From the NCBI RefSeq assembly GCF_963506605.1, contig NC_083288.1:29698001-29762000 (forward strand): a stretch of 64,000 nucleotides of DNA, given 5' to 3'. The position numbers were made by a program, and so were the translations under genes. This document shows positions 57,131 to 64,000 of this stretch, piece after piece. Source of the stretch: Zootoca vivipara. Its lineage: Eukaryota. The notes under the pieces were generated by a model. That model was not told where the DNA came from and made no database searches. It was given only the letters and a program-made list of their open reading frames with translations. The number at the start of each line of letters is the position of its first letter. The first letter of the stretch is position 1.

Positions 57131-57489
57131 TAACCCATTTGCTTAAAAAAGGCCATAACTAAAATGCCAAAACCATATAAAAACAAAGATGCATGAGACC
57201 ATTCTTGTTGCTTTTTTAGTATAATATCCATAAACCAATTTCTTAAAAAAGAAATTTTGTTTTTGATACAGTGGTTTAGATAAACACAGTGTCAATCTTT
57301 ACTTTATCTTCATCATTTAAGCAGAAGTTGGATGGACATCTGTCATGAATGCATTGAAGCGGGTTGGAGTAGATAACCCTTAGGGTCCCTTTCAACTATG
57401 TTTCTATGATTTACCTGCACTGGCCAAGGGCAGGCTGTTGGGGTGTTGAGTGCATGTGTTGTGGAAGCTCAGGCAAGCAGTAAAACTCA

Positions 57490-58440
57490 CCACAGAAAAC
57501 AGCCATTTAGCAGAGTGGTCTTCACTAGGCAAACACCAACATGTAAATACATACAGTATTTACAGGTGCTACAAGTTGTCTTCTCTCTCTGAGCCCAGAG
57601 AGGGTTCTTTGTTTCAAAGTCTATGCTGTGTTAAAGTCCACAGCCATGTCCTTAGTTCAGTTGCTCACAAAGTCCAGCAACTGATAAGAGTTCTGAAGTC
57701 TGGCAATTTTCCAACTTCATTGTGTCTGGACTTCAGTGTGGGGGAAACTGAAACTTCCTTTAAAATCGGTCTCAACCTTGCCAAAAAAGGTAATACTTGA
57801 AAGGGATATCTCATGCCTATACATTTACCCCACACTTTTCTTATTGAGCAAACTGCTGATCACCTTGTGGAATGTTTGCTCAAATCAGCATATGTGGTGG
57901 AGATGTGGGAGAGTGGTTCAGTTCTGGAAGGATTTGTTGAAATAAAATCAGTCCCTGGACAAAACACCTCCAGACCTGTCCAGACCTGGCACTGCTTCTT
58001 AACCTTTGACAGGAAATAACACTAGCTCAGAGACCCCTCAGAGGTTGTCTAGGAGCCAGGCTCATAATAACAATATACGAGAAAGGGGTTGCTTTTTAGA
58101 TAAACTGGTGAAATAAATTAGGGCAAGTAGCACTTGAGGGGAAAAAGAGAGCAATAAAATAAAATTGGCACAAAGATTGAAGCATAATGATTCAATTGCA
58201 ACTGATTGGTATGGTTTTATTAAGTACGTGGCTAAAAACTTAAACAGAGGACTCCCTTCACATTATAAAACCTTTGGGTTAGCATAATCTGTATATTGCC
58301 CTACGTGCAAATGTTTTCTGGAACTTATATCATATTTGGATGTTCTGATATATTCCCTAAACTTTATCATCTTGGTTAGGGTGGGATATTGTATGTTTGT
58401 GTGATGTTGTAATATGCTGTGAGGATTTAATTAAAAATTC
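57490..58440 (+). mobile_element. Decayed L1-like ORF2 3' fragment
   Basis: HMWWRCGRVVQFW resembles the L1 ORF2 C-terminal HxxWxC motif. Boundaries are approximate. Confidence 0.45.
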
Positions 58441-59157
58441 TTGTTTTAAAATGAGAGTGTTCTAAACCAGGTTACACGTCCTAGCTGAGTAGGCTTAGGG
58501 TACAGCCTAAGTGCCCCCCGGTCCTGCTTCTGCCATGCGCCCTGACTGCCCTCAATTTGGACTTACCTTTCAAACAGTTTTCTATGTCGGCTGCTAGGCC
58601 ATGAGACTGAGCGAAATAGGCTTAAAATACAGCGTAGCCCACTTCCCCCAGTCCTACCCCAAGCATGTCTGTGGAACAGCCCTTTTTTGAAATTTATGCC
58701 ACCCACAGCTCAACCAGCTTCCACTGAGTTGTCTGAGCATTTTATACTGGTGTGTCTTCAACAGAGGTGGGGTCAGGAACTAAACGTTGAAAAACAGTTG
58801 ACCAAACCATAGATACACTAAATCCCAAGCTGCTTATCTCTGAAGATCTTGCTATAGGGATGCCCCTCTTAAGTTATTTTCTTACTTCTATATTTTATTT
58901 GTTTTCATGCACTTTGAGGGACCTTCATGGGTGCTGAAAACATAATAAAAATGGATTTATTAAAAAACAAAAAGAAAAAATTTAACCTCCACGTGAGATT
59001 AGGGTGATCAGAGTATGAATCTTGGGGAAGAACATGAGATCCACCTTAGATTTAAAGTCAAGTATAGCTTATTCCCTTTCTCTATAAAATAATATGATTG
59101 TAAGTACAAACCAAACTATTGCTTAAAGAAAACAACAAAGAAAGCATTTTTAAAAGA

Positions 59158-60075
59158 TTACCTCAGACCTAAAAGTTTTGCCAGGGCAACCTTGAGGTCC
59201 TTATTTCTGATGCTGTAAATTAATGGATTCAGCATGGGAGGAACCATGGAATATAGTATAGTAAATACCAAATCCAGTTGTGGGGCAGTGTTAGAGGTGG
59301 GCCTGAGGTAAACAAAGCAAACTGTAAGTAAAAATGTGGAGAAGACAATGAGGTGGGGTAGACAAGTTGAGAAGGCCTTCCTTCTTCCCTGGGCTGAAGG
59401 GATTTTCAGAACAGCACTGAAGATGTGTACATAAGTAACAATGATGAAAATGAAACAGCCAACCCCAGTTGCAATACTAAACATAAGAATTCCAATTTCA
59501 ATTAGGTACAAGTCAGAACACACAAGTTTAAGTAACTGTGGGATTTCACAGAAGAACTGATTGACAACATTGGAACAGAAGGGCATTGAAAATGTTCCAC
59601 CGGTGTGTAAAGCTGCATTTAGAAAGCCACCAACCCACACACCAGCAACCATTTGGGTGCAAGCTCTTCTGTTCATTACCATTTCATATTGCAGGGGATC
59701 ACGAATGGCAACGTACCGATCATATGCCATGACTGTAAGGAGGTAAACATCGCATCCAACAAAGAGGAAGAACAAGAGGACCTGAACAACACAACCATAA
59801 TATGAAATGTGCCTTGTGTTCATGAGGGAATTGACCATGGATTTGGGAATAATGACTGAAACAGAGCCAAGGTCCTGCATTGCCAAATTCACCAGAAAGA
59901 AGTACATTGGGGTGTGCAGGCGGTGGTCAAAAGCTACTGCCAAGATTATGAGAAGATTCCCTGTCACAGTTGCCAAGAACATTCCAAGGAAGAGAAAGAA
60001 GTGTAGAACCTGCAGTTCCCGAACTTCTGAGAACTCGAAGAGAAGAAACTCAGACACCGATGTTTGATTATCCAT
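59158..60075 (-). CDS. Olfactory receptor, class II, family 14-like (OR locus 10)
   Basis: MDNQTSVSEFLL... with LHTPMYFFL, MAYDRYVAI, FFCEIPQLLKL, KAFSTCLPHL, PPMLNPLIYSIRN. Acceptor TTTTCTTCTAG at about 60108-60118 (-). Confidence 0.92.
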   Translation of the reverse strand: MDNQTSVSEFLLFEFSEVRELQVLHFFLFLGMFLATVTGNLLIILAVAFDHRLHTPMYFFLVNLAMQDLGSVSVIIPKSMVNSLMNTRHISYYGCVVQVLLFFLFVGCDVYLLTVMAYDRYVAIRDPLQYEMVMNRRACTQMVAGVWVGGFLNAALHTGGTFSMPFCSNVVNQFFCEIPQLLKLVCSDLYLIEIGILMFSIATGVGCFIFIIVTYVHIFSAVLKIPSAQGRRKAFSTCLPHLIVFSTFLLTVCFVYLRPTSNTAPQLDLVFTILYSMVPPMLNPLIYSIRNKDLKVALAKLLGLR

Positions 60076-61271
60076 TTTTTTAATTACTGATAAGTAGCAT
60101 GGCAACCCTAGAAGAAAACAACAACTTTGTATTTCAGTTTGAAGCGGTTCAATGAATAAATATCAAATCCTCTATGAAGACACAGTTAGAATCCATCACA
60201 CGAAATTTATAACACTATCATGCTCAACGCTAAATCTAGCTTTTCTTTGTAGTTATCAATATTTTGAGTGAGCCTTGGCCATTGAGGGATGGGCTTCATG
60301 AAGGACAAGTTTATTGGTTAGAGATAGCAGTAGGTTTTTGCAAAGGAATTGGATGTATCCTGAATCACCCAACCCACAGGAAATTATTCCTTCAGGGTTT
60401 ATGTTGGGTTTTAGGATCACCCTATGAAGTGTATCATTTCTTGAAAATCCCTCCAGAATGCCATCTTAGGGAGTTCTATGGCTGGTTGACACCCATCCGG
60501 ACATTCGGAAAGAATACATTGCCCCTGAATCTCTTTAAAAGGGTACCCTGAACATTTGACCAATGTATTGGAAGTGGTATTTCAAGCCACAACTCTGCCA
60601 GACTAAGTAGCCCACACAATACCTTTTTCTGTCACCTGAGTCGGCCCCACCATGTTCTGCCTTTCAGCAACAATGGGCCTCAGTGCATCACATTGTATTA
60701 TACTGTTAGTGTAGCTTCCCAACATGCAGTGTAGCACTATGGTTCAGTAAAATGTTCACTTTATTTGGGCTGTTTAGGAGATGCTGTTTTATTATCTAAA
60801 GGGTACCGGATATTCTTAGCCCACAATACAGCCTGAAATAAAATCACTGTTTGCTGGTGTATTTTGCTATGTATTCCAAAACAGTTTTTAATGATGATCA
60901 GTTCCCCTAGAAGCACTGTAGGTCTCAAGTTGTTCTTGTTTCCCTTTCACACAATGAAGGGAATGTTGGGATCACTTAAAGACTATTGCTATGTCTCTCT
61001 TCCCAGTCTTACCTCAGATGTAGAGGAGGATGTAGTCAAAGTGTACCAAAAGGAGAAGCAGCTTCCCTCCCCATTCATGCAAAATGGAATGGAGAATTCT
61101 GAGAGCTTCGACTTTGTAATCAGTTAATTTTTTCTTATATAATTCTAATTAATGTTCGACAAAGAGTCCCTCAGTTGGTCACAAACTTTCAGGATAACAT
61201 AAAATAAACAAATACGTAGTTTCTTAAGGTTGGATTGTAGTAACCAATGACTATAGTAAAGTCTTTTAATT

Positions 61272-62154
61272 CAATCAAAATTTTATTGCATTAGCCAGTT
61301 GGCCATAGCACATAACACATAAAACAATTATAATAATAAGAATAAGAATAAGAATAACGGTTACCGCTATTATACAGAACATATAAAACACTTACAAAAC
61401 ATTGTATATAAAAAGATGCGATATAAAACAGAATTTGGTAAAAACTAGGATGCATCATGCGTGTTTTGTCCACTGGGGAATGTTTAGTGCAATCTGCGTC
61501 TAGAGAAAGTTAGCCAGTCAAGAGAGCTCTGAGTTTCAGGGCCTGCAAGATATAAATGGCCACTCCGCGGGTAACCCTGGGGTTAGCGTCCACCAATAGA
61601 AATTTCATGTGGTTGTCATCCAAGGCGATAAGCGAAGGGATTAGTATGAGGAGCCTTGGTCTTATTGTGACGTATAAAGCGCAGTGAAAGAAAAAATGGA
61701 TAAAATCCTCTGTCTTTCCCTTGTTGCACGGGCATAGTCGGAGATCAGGGGGAGTGTTGGAGAATATACCCTGTAAAAATGCTGTGGGAATGGAATGGAA
61801 GCGGGCAAGTATGAAGGCCCTTATTTGTGAAGGGTTCGTCAGGTCGCCCAAATAGTGAGCCATAGTTCTTACTACCTTCACACGAGGATACCACGTGGAC
61901 AGGTTGGCCGCATTAGATAGGGTCAGGTCCAGCGCTTCGTCCCTATCTAGAATCCATTTACGGATTTTATCATTGTCCCAAGCGATCAGAGCGGAGAAAG
62001 TTGGGAGGGAATAGCGTTCACAGATGGCCTCCATGCCTTTTGACCAAATGTGGCTGCCAGTAAAGGCTAGAAAGGCTTGTTTGGCAAGAAGCGAGTTGGG
62101 GGCTTCTGCAAGAGATTTATAATAAGTGATTATCCTGATGTGAGCTCTTCCCAC
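61272..62154 (-). mobile_element. Non-LTR retrotransposon 3' fragment with C-terminal Cys/His motif (clade unresolved, possibly RTE-X-like)
   Basis: ORF 61510-62154 with RLCPC...EDFIHFFFHCALY, AATAAA + ATTG-like tail, 14-bp TSD AAAGTCTTTTAATT (61258-61271, 62155-62168). Confidence 0.75.
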
Positions 62155-63241
62155 AAAGTCTTTTAATTAAGGCAGATAAATATGTGTCCACTTGGATGAC
62201 ATATGACTACCCCTCTGGAAATGATCTGAATTCTGCATATTGTAGGAAATAGAATTAATCAGTATAACAGCCAATATCTCATATTTGGTTCTTAAATTAA
62301 AGTACTATTTACATTGCCAAAAGAAAGAATCCAATTATCAGTGCCTCTAAGGGCAGCTCACATGCTTTGATTTAAGTGGGACAATCATTTCAAGAGGGAA
62401 AATGTAGGGATTTGATGACTACTTAGTTAGTCATCAGAAAGAAAGACATAAATGTCCAGTCATTCAAGGTAAAATGGTATTAATAACTTACTGTTTTCCT
62501 GCATGCATTTCCCCCCCCTTCAAATTATGATGTGTCTTCCTCTCTGCTGTCTTTAGATGACGATCTAGCCATACGGGCACTGCTGAAATTTTATTTATGT
62601 TCTCTCACCCCACTCCATTGCCTCCCACCCTTCATGGCAGTGAAAAGTCTGTTTTCATTGGCAGTACAATATTGCCACTATATTGTTAAGTTTGTTGTGT
62701 TCCCTGGTACATGGTCCCAAGAGTTCAACACAACTGGGCAAAGAACTCCCCCAAGGAATATAGATTTTCTGCTATTTCTGAAAATATAATTAAAAGATAA
62801 TGAATGTCTTTGAAAGTTATAACTGGGGTTCTCTGAGCAATGAACAATTTAAATGATTTTAAATCACACAATCCAGTAACAGAATATTAAGTCCCTCTCT
62901 GATTGTTTTTAAAATGATGAAGATTTAGCAGGTTTTAGTTTTTGAATTTGTGCTTTTAAATTAAGCATTGTCTGTTATTAAATGCTGCAACAGCAAACCA
63001 GGATACAGTTCTATACACATTTAGATTCCATTTGCACTATCCATTTAAAACAGTATCATACCAGTAAAAAAATCATCACACAGCTACAATTCCCAGATTT
63101 CCCTGGCAATAGGTATTGTTAACCCACTATCAGAGTTTAAATTCTGTGGAGGTAATAATGGTATCCTAATGACCCTTAGGACCCCTGACAAACTACAGCT
63201 CCCCAGATTCTTTGGGGGAGTCTATGACTGTTAAAAGTGAT

Positions 63242-63594
63242 GTAAAGGTAAAGGGACCTCTGACTGTTAGGTCCAATCATGGACAACTTGGGGATTGCGG
63301 CTCTCATCTCGCTTTACTGGCCGAGGGAGCCGGCATACAGCTTCCAGGTCATGTGGCTAGCATGACTAAGCCGTTTCTGCTGAACCAGAGCAGCGCACAG
63401 AAATTCCATTTTCCTTCCTGCTGGAGAGGTACCTATTTGTCTACTTGCACTTTGAAGTGCTTTCGAACTGCTAGGTTGGCAGGAGCAGGGATCGAGCAAT
63501 GGGAGCTCTCCCTGTTGTGGGGATTCGAATTGCCGACCTTCTGATTGGCAAGCCCTAGGCTCAGTGGTTTAGAACACAGTGCCACCCGTGTCCC
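63242..63594 (-). mobile_element. Sauria SINE
   Basis: Reverse complement begins GGGACACGGGTGGCACTGTGTTCTAAACCAC and ends CCCTTTACCTTTAC; AAAAGTG flanks both ends. Confidence 0.88.
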
Positions 63595-64000
63595 AAAAGT
63601 GGTATAATACTGCTTTAGTTGCATGCTGCTGATGGGGTCTTGCTTGGAGTAAGACCAATTGAGTTCAACAGGTCTTCTAAGTAGACAGAAAAAGTTTTTA
63701 ATGCTTTACATTTTCAAAGGCGTTATGATTCTGCAGTAGATTGATTTCATCCCATTTTCTCTCCAGACAGATGGATGCCAATAGCAGCAGCAACAAAAAC
63801 AGTGCAAAAAAGATGCACATTGAAATTGTATATGTTTTCTAAAGCGCATATGGATATGAGTAGTAAGTATAGTCTCTTTCAAATGGATTTCAGTGTCTCC
63901 AAACATCTTCCAAATTTAGCAACTCAATTAATCGAAAGAAGGTTTTTGGCAGCTTTAACTGTTTTTTCCTTGCTGCTTTTTTACCAATTCCGGTGCAACT

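Overview
This is vertebrate genomic DNA from a squamate reptile. Sauria SINEs, BovB, CR1, Rex1/Babar and Penelope elements point to a lizard, probably a lacertid (inference). The window is a tandem cluster of ten class II olfactory receptor (OR) loci resembling family 14: three on the + strand and seven on the - strand. Eight have open reading frames. Two were knocked out by retroelement insertions: a 34-bp polyadenylated insert with a 15-bp target-site duplication (TSD) at about 17.06 kb, and a 2.8-kb Penelope-like element (RT + GIY-YIG) at 37.56-40.35 kb. The intergenic DNA is a dense, partly nested mosaic of transposons, and many insertions can be ordered in time using empty sites in duplicated paralogous units. 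The least obvious signals are: (i) three hammerhead ribozyme motifs, one canonical type I core at 468-519 and two identical minimal Penelope-type motifs at 10391-10428 (-) and 40221-40258 (+); (ii) conserved homeodomain + O/E-like motif blocks and splice signals that outline two OR promoter architectures; (iii) an internally deleted Gypsy element with a tRNA-Ser primer-binding site; (iv) an inversion flanked by an inverted duplication; (v) a gene-conversion mosaic between OR paralogues. I see no convincing evidence of a wholly new biological system; the ribozymes and the OR cis-regulatory blocks are the best leads. All alignments were done by eye.
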